Below are positions 37,811 through 47,234 of a stretch of 64,000 nucleotides of DNA, one piece after another. Under the pieces are notes generated by a model. It was not told where the DNA came from. It ran no database searches and saw only the letters and a list, made by a program, of their open reading frames with translations. Each line of letters opens with the position of its first letter. Position 1 is the stretch's first letter. The position numbers were made by a program, and so were the translations under genes. The DNA is from an uncultured bacterium (GTDB lineage: Bacteria > Patescibacteriota > Minisyncoccia > Phycocordibacterales > UBA9973), in the NCBI GenBank assembly GCA_937903035.1, contig CALCZP010000003.1, positions 65,156 to 129,155 of the forward strand, read 5' to 3'.

Positions 37811-38993
37811 TATGAAAAAAAACCTTCTCACCAATCTCAAATTCATCGCATTCGGTATTGTTGTTGCACTCGGAATGAGTTATGCGTCAGCTGCATGGAA
37901 TGATCCGTCAACGGGGGCGCCTGGTACCAATATTGCGCTCCCTATTCATATGGGGCAAAGTCAGCTCAAAGATGGGGGGCTTTCGGTTAATACGTTTACT
38001 GCATGGCAAAATGCGCACTTTGTACAACAAGTTTTTATTAATGAGATGCTTTCTGCCGTGACTGGATCAACCCTTGTACGGTTTGGAGGGGCTGATGCAT
38101 TAGGGACAACACGAACTGTTGCTGTTGATGTAAGTGGAGGGTTTACAACGACAGGTACTATTAAGGCAGTGAATGTTGCCGGGACCAGCGAAGGAAAACT
38201 TTGTGCAACAGCTGATGGCACTATTGTTCGCTGTGTAGCTCAGGCGGTACCTGCTACATGTGTTATTAATTCTTTTACTTCAAATAAATATAGTGTGAAG
38301 CCAAATGCGCCACAGCTCACTTTTAGCTGGTCAACTACAGGGTGCACGAGTGCTTCTATTAATGGAGTACCACTTTCATCAGTCAATGGAAGCGGGCTCT
38401 ATAATGCACCAACTCAAACAACGGTTTATACACTTACTGCCACAAATGGCACTACTAGTCCTACAAAATCATTTACTATTACGTTCGGCACTCCCCCTGT
38501 CGCAAGTTCAAATATTGCATTGTATTTAAGTGATGTACCATATGTATATAGTACAGGTACTAGTGATGGTAGTAATTATGGATACTCTTTTAAGAGAAGT
38601 TATTACGGAAAAGTGACGCTTGCACCTCAGTATGCTGTTACGCCAGGAACACCATCACCCGAGCTTGAGGTTTGTGGTGACCCTTCTCCAACATCAGCAG
38701 CTGTCTGTGCTTCTCAAAATCCTAATCCAAATAATAATCCACCACCTGATATTGAGCAGATACAACATGGTGATTATACCGTCATATTTAACGGTCTTTG
38801 TCAGAACAGTCCGGGTATGGCTAACGGTTCACCGTCTCTTCACTATAGGAATGGTGATGGAAGTGTAGGCAGTCTCGTTCCGAGTTCAATAAATATTAGT
38901 GGAATGGTCGAATTTATCGCCTCATGTCTATAAACATATGAAAAAAAACCTTCTCACCAATCTCAAATTCATCGCATTCGGTATTGTTGTTGC
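37811..38993 (+). repeat. 57-bp exact direct repeat over the 5' ends of paralogs 2 and 3 (37811-37867 and 38937-38993)
   Basis: TATGAAAAAAAACCTTCTCACCAATCTCAAATTCATCGCATTCGGTATTGTTGTTGC occurs twice. Confidence 0.9.
37812..38933 (+). CDS. Exported protein, paralog 2 (conserved N-module, Ig-like domain, variable C-terminus)
   Basis: AWNDPSTGAPGTNIALPI...QLKDGGLSV; LCATADGTIVRC; FSWSTTGCTSASING...YTLTATN. Confidence 0.82.
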   Translation: MKKNLLTNLKFIAFGIVVALGMSYASAAWNDPSTGAPGTNIALPIHMGQSQLKDGGLSVNTFTAWQNAHFVQQVFINEMLSAVTGSTLVRFGGADALGTTRTVAVDVSGGFTTTGTIKAVNVAGTSEGKLCATADGTIVRCVAQAVPATCVINSFTSNKYSVKPNAPQLTFSWSTTGCTSASINGVPLSSVNGSGLYNAPTQTTVYTLTATNGTTSPTKSFTITFGTPPVASSNIALYLSDVPYVYSTGTSDGSNYGYSFKRSYYGKVTLAPQYAVTPGTPSPELEVCGDPSPTSAAVCASQNPNPNNNPPPDIEQIQHGDYTVIFNGLCQNSPGMANGSPSLHYRNGDGSVGSLVPSSINISGMVEFIASCL

Positions 38994-40176
38994 GTATGCC
39001 ATGAACTATGTATCAGCAAGTGCATGGATTAATCCACCTGCAAATCCTCCGATAAATAACACTGATCAGCCAGTCAATGTATCTGCTACTGATCAAGTAA
39101 AAGGTGACCCTGCTTCAGGAACAGGAGGAGGTCTTTCAGTGCTTGGTTTTGTTGCAGGACAAAATGCACAATTTGAAAAAGGGGTATTTGTTGGAGGTAT
39201 TATTCGAGGGGATTCACCGTTTGCGCCAACTACAAGCTCTACTGTCCGTTTTGGGGGAGCTACAGGACTTGGGACAACACGCACGGTCAATCTTGCCATG
39301 AACGGAAGCCTTGATACAAAAGTTTCAGTTTCTGCATCAAATCTTGCAAATGTAAGTTCTAAAGAAGTATGTGCAGATGCAAATGGAAATCTCGTATTTT
39401 GTACTACAACTCCTCCTCCTGCAGCCTGCTCAATCACTTCATTTACTGCAACTCCAAGTACTATTACTACAACTCCGGCATCAACCAATCTTCAATGGGC
39501 AACCACGAACTGTACATCTGTTACTATCGATGGTGCATTGCAGGCATCTCCAAATGGCAATGACAACTTTAGTGTGAATGCATCACATACCTATACGTTG
39601 GTTGCGACAAATACAACCTCAACTGATACAGCAACCGCACAGGTAACCTACAATCCTCCTGCTTCAAACTGTCCTGTAGGGCAGGTAGAGCTTGCTGATT
39701 TGACTGCATATGGTGCCGGGTATATCTGTGGAACACCTGGAATAAAAATCGGTGTTGCAGGTAATAATGGTTGCGGGCCATGGGGTAACTGCTATAACCC
39801 AACATATGTAAATGTCAGAACAGGTGTCAGTGTAATATTAAATGCACCTGTTGTCTCTGATACGGTATTTACCATAAAATGGACGAGCAGGGTTGGTACT
39901 TCAAATATTCCAATGCAAGAGAATTTCACCATTCTTGCAGGACAGATTCATTATGGTGGGATCATGGCTAGTCAGTTGTGGCCAGCAAGCGGTTTTGAAA
40001 CAAGTACACCTTACACCAGTGGAGTTGTTGATAGATCTGGCGTATATCGTGCCGGTACCATTTTTGGAGGAGCAGATGATTTTGGATTTCCTCTTGCGAA
40101 TATAGACAATGCAGCATGTCTTGTTGCTTCTCCAGGTGTGAACCTTGCCGCAAGTAATATTCCTGTCTGTCAATAA
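38938..40176 (+). CDS. Exported protein, paralog 3 (conserved N-module, Ig-like domain, variable C-terminus)
   Basis: AWINPPANPPINNTDQPVNV...QVKG...GGLSV; VCADANGNLVFC; LQWATTNCTSVTIDG...YTLVATN. Confidence 0.82.
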   Translation: MKKNLLTNLKFIAFGIVVAYAMNYVSASAWINPPANPPINNTDQPVNVSATDQVKGDPASGTGGGLSVLGFVAGQNAQFEKGVFVGGIIRGDSPFAPTTSSTVRFGGATGLGTTRTVNLAMNGSLDTKVSVSASNLANVSSKEVCADANGNLVFCTTTPPPAACSITSFTATPSTITTTPASTNLQWATTNCTSVTIDGALQASPNGNDNFSVNASHTYTLVATNTTSTDTATAQVTYNPPASNCPVGQVELADLTAYGAGYICGTPGIKIGVAGNNGCGPWGNCYNPTYVNVRTGVSVILNAPVVSDTVFTIKWTSRVGTSNIPMQENFTILAGQIHYGGIMASQLWPASGFETSTPYTSGVVDRSGVYRAGTIFGGADDFGFPLANIDNAACLVASPGVNLAASNIPVCQ

Positions 40177-40210
40177 AAAACAAAAAGCACCTATAGGTGC
40201 TTTTTGTTTT
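40177..40210 (+). terminator. Intrinsic terminator
   Basis: Perfect palindrome AAAACAAAAAGCACCTATAGGTGCTTTTTGTTTT. Confidence 0.8.
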
Positions 40211-40235
40211 GCGCATTTCACCGTACAATGAATGT

Positions 40236-41981
40236 ATGATTGTTGATGAAGCGAAGCTTGCACGAATGATACTTGATACAGGTATTGCATCTGCTGATGA
40301 TATTGCGCGTTTTCAGTCAACACGAACAACTGATCAAACACTTTCTTCGTATCTACTCTCAAGTGGTAAGGTTAAAGAGATCGAGCTTAAGAAGCTTGAA
40401 GCATATGTGCTCGGTATCCCATTTGTAACACTCGACAAGGAGCGTCTCGAACGTGATGTGCTGTTTTTGATCCCTGAAGCGATTGCGCGCAGGTACAACG
40501 TCGTCGCATATAAGCGAAATGGCAGCAACCTTGAGATTGCAGTACTTGATATCGATAATCTTCCTGCTATTGATTTCGTTCGCAAGAAAACAGGGCTTCG
40601 TATTTTACCGCGACTTACTGATAGTGACTCGATCAAGGCAGTACTGCTGCAGTATAAAAAGAGTCTACAGGCAGAATTTGACTCTATTATCCAAAAGGAG
40701 AGTGCAAGTCTGCAAAAAATAGAAGAGAAAGATAGTGAAGTATCTCCAGAAGATCTCAAGGAGCTCGCAGAAGATCTACCAATTATCAAGATTGTTGACA
40801 CGCTTATCTCTCATGCGATTTTACAGCGTGCATCAGATATCCATATTGAGCCTGGGGAAAACGACCTCATCGTTCGCTATCGTATTGACGGTATTCTCCA
40901 TGATGCAATGACACTTCCCAAGGATGCTGCAGCAGCAGTAAGTGCTCGTATCAAAGTATTGGCAAATCTCAAGCTTGATGAAAAGCGTCTCCCACAAGAT
41001 GGACGATTCAAAATGGTAGTTGAAGAGCAGCCGGTATCGTTTCGTGTTTCAACACTTCCAACGTATTTTGGAGAAAAGACTGTCATTCGAATTTTGCGCG
41101 AGTCATCTCATGGCTACACAATGGAAGGGCTCGGCTTTCATGGGGATTCGCTTGAGCTTGTGCATGATGGTATGCATCAGCACTCTGGTATTATTCTTTG
41201 CTCTGGTCCGACCGGTTCGGGTAAAACCACTACCCTCTATACCATGCTTGATATCTTGAACACGCCTGAGGTGAATATTTCGACTATTGAAGATCCGATT
41301 GAATATCAAATGGCCCGTGTTAATCAGACGCAAGTGAAAAGTGAGATTGGGATGACCTTTGCAAACGGTCTGCGTGCACTGCTTCGTCAGGATCCTAACA
41401 TTATCATGGTAGGGGAGATCCGAGACGGAGAGACTGCTGATCTCGCCGTGAATGCGGCGCTTACTGGTCACTTGGTGCTCTCTACTATCCACACCAACTC
41501 GGCTGCGGGCGCTATCCCGCGACTCATTGATATGGGGGTTGAGCCATTTTTGATCACCTCAACTGCAAAGAGCATTATTGCGCAGCGACTCGTACGACGA
41601 CTTACCTCAGTCAAAGAAGAGTATTTCTTATCACCGGGTGAGTTGCAGCAGCTTGCACATGCGGTTGATTTGGATCGCCTGCGTCACATGCTTGAGCTTG
41701 AAAACATTATCAAGGCAGGAACACCATGGGAAAAGATTCCATTTTATCGTCCAAAGAAAAGTGAGGAAAGTGACGATGGCTACAAGGGGCGCATTGGTAT
41801 TCATGAGGTGCTTAAAGTTTCTCCTACAATCAAAGAAATTATTTTGCGAGGTGGTTCAAGTGATGAAGTTGAATCCCAGGCTAAAAAAGAAGGGATGACA
41901 ACAATGCTCGAAGACGGTATGTTCCAGGCAGTACAGGGCAAAACCACTATTGATGAAGTACTTCGTGTTGTTTCCGAGTAG
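40236..41981 (+). CDS. pilB: Type IV pilus assembly ATPase PilB/GspE
   Basis: ASDIHIEP, RLPQDGR, GPTGSGKTTTLY, TIEDPIEY, LRQDPNIIMVGEIRD, TGHLVLSTIHTN. Confidence 0.93.
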   Translation: MIVDEAKLARMILDTGIASADDIARFQSTRTTDQTLSSYLLSSGKVKEIELKKLEAYVLGIPFVTLDKERLERDVLFLIPEAIARRYNVVAYKRNGSNLEIAVLDIDNLPAIDFVRKKTGLRILPRLTDSDSIKAVLLQYKKSLQAEFDSIIQKESASLQKIEEKDSEVSPEDLKELAEDLPIIKIVDTLISHAILQRASDIHIEPGENDLIVRYRIDGILHDAMTLPKDAAAAVSARIKVLANLKLDEKRLPQDGRFKMVVEEQPVSFRVSTLPTYFGEKTVIRILRESSHGYTMEGLGFHGDSLELVHDGMHQHSGIILCSGPTGSGKTTTLYTMLDILNTPEVNISTIEDPIEYQMARVNQTQVKSEIGMTFANGLRALLRQDPNIIMVGEIRDGETADLAVNAALTGHLVLSTIHTNSAAGAIPRLIDMGVEPFLITSTAKSIIAQRLVRRLTSVKEEYFLSPGELQQLAHAVDLDRLRHMLELENIIKAGTPWEKIPFYRPKKSEESDDGYKGRIGIHEVLKVSPTIKEIILRGGSSDEVESQAKKEGMTTMLEDGMFQAVQGKTTIDEVLRVVSE

Positions 41982-42001
41982 TGTTCTGCTACACTTGATG
42001 G

Positions 42002-43213
42002 ATGAAGTTCTCATATAAAGCACGAAATACATCTGGTGCAATTGTCACTGGAGTCATCGATGCAGATGAGCGAGGAGATGCTATTTCAGCGCTTCGAGAA
42101 ACAGGTCTTTCGCCTATTGTGATTTCTAAGCAAACAGCACTCAGTTTTTCTATTACTATAAGTAGTGTGCTCAAGCGAGTAAAACTTTCAGAGAAGATTA
42201 TTCTCATGAAAAATCTCTCAGGTATGCTCCGTGCAGGACTCTCTATTTCGCGAGCTCTTGTTGTGCTTCAAAAGCAAACACCGAATGCCTATTTTAAAAC
42301 AGTGATTGGTGGACTCCTTGCTGCGATTGATAATGGGGGTACCCTTTCTGAAGGTCTTGCGCAGTACCCAAAAGTTTTTTCAACACTGGTGGTTGCAATG
42401 ATACGTTCTGGTGAAGAGTCAGGAAGTCTACCACAAGCATTGGCTGAGATTGAGGTGCAGCTAGCAAAAAGCTATGAGCTTAGGCGCAAAATTAAAAGCG
42501 CAATGATGTACCCATCTATTATTCTCGGTGCGATCTTTATTATTGGTATCCTTATGTTTATCTTTGTGGTGCCAACACTTACAAGTACGTTCAAGGAGCT
42601 TGGAGTCGAACTTCCAGCGTCAACAAAGCTTGTGGTAGGACTTAGCGATTTAATTTCAAATCATATTGCACTACTGGTTGGGGGGATTGTTGGTATTATT
42701 GTTATTGTCATAGTGCTTGCAAGATTTAGAGTAGTTCGTCGAGGGTGGGATTTTATTTCAGTACGTATTCCGGTGGTTGGCACATTACTCCAGGAGGTGA
42801 ATGCTGCACGTCTGACACGAACGCTTTCATCACTTTTGAGTTCTGGTGTCACGATCGACAAAGCAATCACCATATCCAAAGATGTACTACAAAATTCGTA
42901 TTACCGTGATAGTCTCGATGAGTTAATGGTTGTCGTACAGCGTGGCGAAACCCTTTCGAGTGTATTTCAGAAATATCCAAAACTCTATCCGATCATGGTT
43001 GCTGAAATGATAGAGGTAGGAGAAGAGACGGGTAAACTTTCACAAATGTTGTTGGACGTAGCCGTGTTTTATGAGGGGGAGGTTGATGCAAAGACAAAGG
43101 ATCTTTCTACGATCATTGAACCCGTGTTAATGCTATTTATTGGGGTTTGTGTAGGGTTCTTCGCGGTCTCTATGCTCTCGCCGATGTATAGTATTATGGA
43201 CTCTATCAAATAA
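42002..43213 (+). CDS. pilC: Type IV pilus platform protein PilC/GspF
   Basis: Two T2SSF domains (GEESGSL, GEETGKL), AMMYP, IIEP. Confidence 0.93.
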   Translation: MKFSYKARNTSGAIVTGVIDADERGDAISALRETGLSPIVISKQTALSFSITISSVLKRVKLSEKIILMKNLSGMLRAGLSISRALVVLQKQTPNAYFKTVIGGLLAAIDNGGTLSEGLAQYPKVFSTLVVAMIRSGEESGSLPQALAEIEVQLAKSYELRRKIKSAMMYPSIILGAIFIIGILMFIFVVPTLTSTFKELGVELPASTKLVVGLSDLISNHIALLVGGIVGIIVIVIVLARFRVVRRGWDFISVRIPVVGTLLQEVNAARLTRTLSSLLSSGVTIDKAITISKDVLQNSYYRDSLDELMVVVQRGETLSSVFQKYPKLYPIMVAEMIEVGEETGKLSQMLLDVAVFYEGEVDAKTKDLSTIIEPVLMLFIGVCVGFFAVSMLSPMYSIMDSIK

Positions 43214-43218
43214 CTAGT

Positions 43219-43677
43219 ATGAAATCATTTCAGACAGGCTACTCAGCAATTCAACTTATTGTGACTATTGCGATCATTGGCATACTCCTTGGGGTGGTGA
43301 GTGTGCCATTTTTGAAATTTCGCCAACAACAAGCACTTGAGAACACAACTGATGGGCTTGTATCAGTACTTGGCGAAGCTCGTGCCAAGACACTTGCCGG
43401 CTATGACAACACTTCATACGGTGTTCATATCGAAGCAGCACAGTTTGTACTTTTTACAGGGACGACATATAACGCAAATGCATCGACCAATAAAACATTT
43501 TTTTATGAAACAGGTGTGTCGCTCGGGACACTTACACTTAACGGTAGTGGATCAAACATAAGTTTTGATCGACTCAAAGGAACGACGTCACAGTATGGTA
43601 CGATTGTATTGCAATCACAAAACGGTCAGACTCGTACTATTACTATCACTAGTACTGGTACGGTAAAACGAAATTAA
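43219..43677 (+). CDS. Minor pilin (FimT/FimU-like)
   Basis: Class III leader G|YSAIQLIVTIAIIGIL (Q instead of E at +5). Confidence 0.8.
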   Translation: MKSFQTGYSAIQLIVTIAIIGILLGVVSVPFLKFRQQQALENTTDGLVSVLGEARAKTLAGYDNTSYGVHIEAAQFVLFTGTTYNANASTNKTFFYETGVSLGTLTLNGSGSNISFDRLKGTTSQYGTIVLQSQNGQTRTITITSTGTVKRN

Positions 43678-43682
43678 ACAGT

Positions 43683-44153
43683 ATGCAGCACAAACAGACA
43701 CAACAAGGATTCTTTCTCGTAGAAGTTATTGTTGCGTCATCAGTCATTGCAGTTGTACTTGTACTATTACTTGGGTCCATTCAACATACTGTAGAGGCTT
43801 CACAGCGAAGTCTTGAGCGTACGCAAACTGCCTATCTGCTTGAGGAAGGGGCAGAGGTGGTGAAACTTATACGCAGTGAGGCGTGGTCATCGATCAGTGG
43901 GCTTACCGCTGGTACGACGTACTATTTTCTATGGACTGGATCGGTGTGGACACTTACGACAACACCTCAAACGATAAATGGGTTTACTCGCACGGTGGTA
44001 ATGACCTCGGTCAATCGCGATGGAAATAATGATATTGTCACTTCAGGCGGTACTATCGATAATGGTACCAAAAAAGTCACCATTACTGTTTCATGGATAG
44101 CTCCATCGGGAGTGCAGACAGAGAATATGTCGTTGTATATAACCAATATATGA
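43683..44153 (+). CDS. Minor pilin (PilV-like)
   Basis: QQG|FFLVEVIVA; KKVTITVSW. Confidence 0.82.
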   Translation: MQHKQTQQGFFLVEVIVASSVIAVVLVLLLGSIQHTVEASQRSLERTQTAYLLEEGAEVVKLIRSEAWSSISGLTAGTTYYFLWTGSVWTLTTTPQTINGFTRTVVMTSVNRDGNNDIVTSGGTIDNGTKKVTITVSWIAPSGVQTENMSLYITNI

Positions 44154-44650
44154 GAAACCATAAACAACAAGGTTATTCGTTAATTGAGCTGGTGATCTAT
44201 ATTGCACTTTTTGCACTGATCTCCGTAGTTATTGTAAATGCGCTGATTATGGTAATGCGTACCTATGCGTCCGCTCAAGGTTATAGAAGACTTCAAACTA
44301 ATGGAGAACTCATTATGGAGCGCGTTGTTCGAGAAATACGCGATGCATCAGTCGTATCAGGAAATAGTGTCTATGGAGTAAACTCTGGCACACTCTCACT
44401 TTCTGGTACTGACAGTAGTGGTACGGCACATACGGCAGTGTTCTCAGTATCAAACGGTGCGTTGGTGCTCAATGAAAATGGTACCAGTGCAAATCTTTCG
44501 ACTTCTGAAGTCGTGGTTAGTACGTTTATCGTTCGCCATATTACGACAACGAACGGGGAGGGTATCAAGGTTGAGCTTACACTTGCGACGACGAATGGCC
44601 ATATTGTGAGTGTACCATTTTATGCAACTGCAATGCTTCGAGGAAAATAA
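44150..44650 (+). CDS. Minor pilin (PilW-like)
   Basis: QQG|YSLIELVIY; MERVVREIRDA; ATGA overlap with the upstream gene. Confidence 0.82.
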   Translation: MRNHKQQGYSLIELVIYIALFALISVVIVNALIMVMRTYASAQGYRRLQTNGELIMERVVREIRDASVVSGNSVYGVNSGTLSLSGTDSSGTAHTAVFSVSNGALVLNENGTSANLSTSEVVVSTFIVRHITTTNGEGIKVELTLATTNGHIVSVPFYATAMLRGK

Positions 44651-44651
44651 T

Positions 44652-46439
44652 ATGTACAAGGATTTCACTACAAATGGAAACAAGGGAAATGTGTTGATCA
44701 TTGTGATGGTGCTCTTTGTGGCAATTTCACTTTCTGTTGCACTAGGGTTGGTGACACCAGTGATACGCGCGAGTCATAGCGCGCAAAATGCACTTGAATC
44801 AAAGCGTAGTTATTTTATCGCAGAGTCAGGTGTCGAAGATGTGCTATATCGTCTCCGCTCATCCATGAGTGTCTCATCGAGCGAGACGTTGGTGCTTGGT
44901 ACACAAGAAACAACAACAACGCTAACAGATATCCAGAATGGACAGAAACAAATTGAATCACTCGGTGATAGTCAAAACCGTAACAGGTCTGTCACGGTAA
45001 CGGTACAACAAGGAGCTGGTGTGTCATTCAACTACGGACTCCAGGTTGGTCGCGGTGGTATAGATCTTGCTGGAAGTTCTGGTATTAATGGAAACGTGTA
45101 TGCCAACGGCAACATTCACGGTACGTCGAGCTCATTTATTACGGGAAGTGCAATTGCTGCTAGTAGTGATGCGCTCACTACTGATCAGTCAAATGGAACT
45201 GGTACGCCGACATCAGGTATTACGTTCGGGAATGCAACAGCGACACAGAGTGTTGCACAAAGCTTTGTGGTTTCAGAGGAAATTCCACTCAACAAATTGC
45301 AGTTATATCTACTAAAAACAGGAAGTCCTTCCAATATTACTGTTTCGATTGCAGCTGATGCTGGAGGTGTACCAAGTACAACAACACTTGCAACAGGAAG
45401 TATTTCGGCATCTTTGGTAACTACTGCATATGGATGGGTTGATGCGACATTTACTTCGAGTCCAACATTACAAACAGGTACCACCTACTGGATCGTCCTT
45501 ACTGCAGGAACTTCAGCAACAGCAAACTATACAATCGGTACAAATACAAATGGTTACATAGATGGAACGAGTAAGATTGGCAGACATAGTACGAGTGTAT
45601 GGTCTGCACCCACGCCTGCAACGCTTGATACATATTTCAAGCTCTATCTTGGTGGTCTTACATCATCAATTTACGGGGATAGTCAGTACAATCAGCTACA
45701 TATTGGTACAAGCGGTGCTGGTATTGCCAAGGCACATACGGTGAACTATACCAATGCCACTGGTAGTATCTATTGCCAAACAGGGACACTCAACAATAAG
45801 GCCTGCAATACTACCCAGGCTGATCCAACTCCTGAGCCATGGCCTGTTTCTGATGGAAATATCGATACTTGGAAAGCAGAAGCAGTTGCGGGAGGGACGC
45901 TTAGTGGTAATCAAACATACGGAGGCACAACAAACACCACTCTTGGCCCGAAGAAAATTGCAGGTAACCTAAGTATTGGCGGTAGTGCAGTTGTGAGTGT
46001 GACAGGGACACTGTGGGTAACAGGTAATCTGACTGTAGATGGTTCTGGTGCATTAAAACTTGCGAGTGCGTATGGATCAGGGAGTGGGACGATTATTGTA
46101 GATGGTAGAGTAATCATTGCGGGTAGCTCTCCTGTGACAGGGAGTGGTACAACAGGGAGTTATATTATGATTCTTTCTCTTTCTGACTGCCCTACGAGCT
46201 CCTCATGCAGTGGTTCGAATGCTATTGATATTAGTGGTGCTGCTGGAGCAGTCATTTTAGTTGCCCAAAATGGCACAATTAACTTTAGTGGGTCAGCAAG
46301 TGCAAAACAGGCAACGGGGTATACTATCAAACTCTCCGGTGCTACGACTGTGACATATGAAAGTGGTATTGCAAATCTTAACTTTACCAGTGGAGCATCG
46401 GGCTCATGGGTTGTTCAATCTTGGAAAGAAACGGAGTGA
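44652..46439 (+). CDS. Large PilX-like minor pilin/adhesin with beta-rich C-terminal domains
   Basis: KG|NVLIIVMVL without E5; SYFIAESGVED; AQSF...GTTYWIVL module; ends SWKETE. Confidence 0.8.
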   Translation: MYKDFTTNGNKGNVLIIVMVLFVAISLSVALGLVTPVIRASHSAQNALESKRSYFIAESGVEDVLYRLRSSMSVSSSETLVLGTQETTTTLTDIQNGQKQIESLGDSQNRNRSVTVTVQQGAGVSFNYGLQVGRGGIDLAGSSGINGNVYANGNIHGTSSSFITGSAIAASSDALTTDQSNGTGTPTSGITFGNATATQSVAQSFVVSEEIPLNKLQLYLLKTGSPSNITVSIAADAGGVPSTTTLATGSISASLVTTAYGWVDATFTSSPTLQTGTTYWIVLTAGTSATANYTIGTNTNGYIDGTSKIGRHSTSVWSAPTPATLDTYFKLYLGGLTSSIYGDSQYNQLHIGTSGAGIAKAHTVNYTNATGSIYCQTGTLNNKACNTTQADPTPEPWPVSDGNIDTWKAEAVAGGTLSGNQTYGGTTNTTLGPKKIAGNLSIGGSAVVSVTGTLWVTGNLTVDGSGALKLASAYGSGSGTIIVDGRVIIAGSSPVTGSGTTGSYIMILSLSDCPTSSSCSGSNAIDISGAAGAVILVAQNGTINFSGSASAKQATGYTIKLSGATTVTYESGIANLNFTSGASGSWVVQSWKETE

Positions 46440-46472
46440 TAAGGGTACTATACGTCATGATATACTGACGCT

Positions 46473-47228
46473 ATGATATTTCTTGTTGGTAACTGGAAGA
46501 TGGCACCAGAAAAAAGTGCGCAAGCCGTCACATTGTTCAAAAAGACTAACTTGTTGGCAAGGGCCTATAAAAAGTCATTGACGATAGTCGCATGCGCCCC
46601 ATCAGTCTATCTTGCAACCCTTACCAAGCAGCGAGTTTCACCGCTCAAGCTTGGAGCGCAGACCGTTGCTTCAACCAGTACTGTCGCAAATACAGGGCTT
46701 ATCCATGCAGCAATGCTCAAAGATGCAGGGGTAACATATGGTATTGTGGGGCATTCAGAGAGTCGTGCGCGTGGGGAGGGCAATGATCTTATTCGTGAGC
46801 AGGCACTTCGTCTCATTGAGAAGAAAATCATTCCAATCCTTTGTGTTGGTGAACGAGAGCGTGATCCCCAAGGGTGGTATTTGAGTGAAGTGAAAGAACA
46901 ACTGGAGAGTTTACTCGTAGTACTTCCAAAGACAGCCTACAAATCATTCATGATTGCATATGAGCCAATCTGGGCTATTGGCAAAGATGCAGTACGCGAA
47001 GCAACAGCAGTTGAGTGCCAAGAAATGATTATTTTTATTCGCAAGATTATTGCTGATGCGATTGGAGAGAAAGCTGCATCACTTGTACCCATTCTCTATG
47101 GTGGTTCGGTAAATGAAATCAATGCCCGCTCATTTATCGTTGAGGGCAAGGCACAAGGCTTGCTGGTAGGGCGGGTAAGTCTTGATCCAGTTGCATATAG
47201 TAAGCTTGCAAAATCAATCAGTAAATAA
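46473..47228 (+). CDS. tpiA: Triosephosphate isomerase
   Basis: VGNWKM, VGHSESR, IAYEPIWAIG, LYGGSV, LLVG. Confidence 0.95.
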   Translation: MIFLVGNWKMAPEKSAQAVTLFKKTNLLARAYKKSLTIVACAPSVYLATLTKQRVSPLKLGAQTVASTSTVANTGLIHAAMLKDAGVTYGIVGHSESRARGEGNDLIREQALRLIEKKIIPILCVGERERDPQGWYLSEVKEQLESLLVVLPKTAYKSFMIAYEPIWAIGKDAVREATAVECQEMIIFIRKIIADAIGEKAASLVPILYGGSVNEINARSFIVEGKAQGLLVGRVSLDPVAYSKLAKSISK

Positions 47229-47234
47229 TTTTTT

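Noticed and set aside
36627-40176. Diversity-generating retroelement or shufflon acting on the paralogs
   Set aside because: No reverse transcriptase, no adenine-specific TR/VR pair seen, and all genes are complete and co-oriented.
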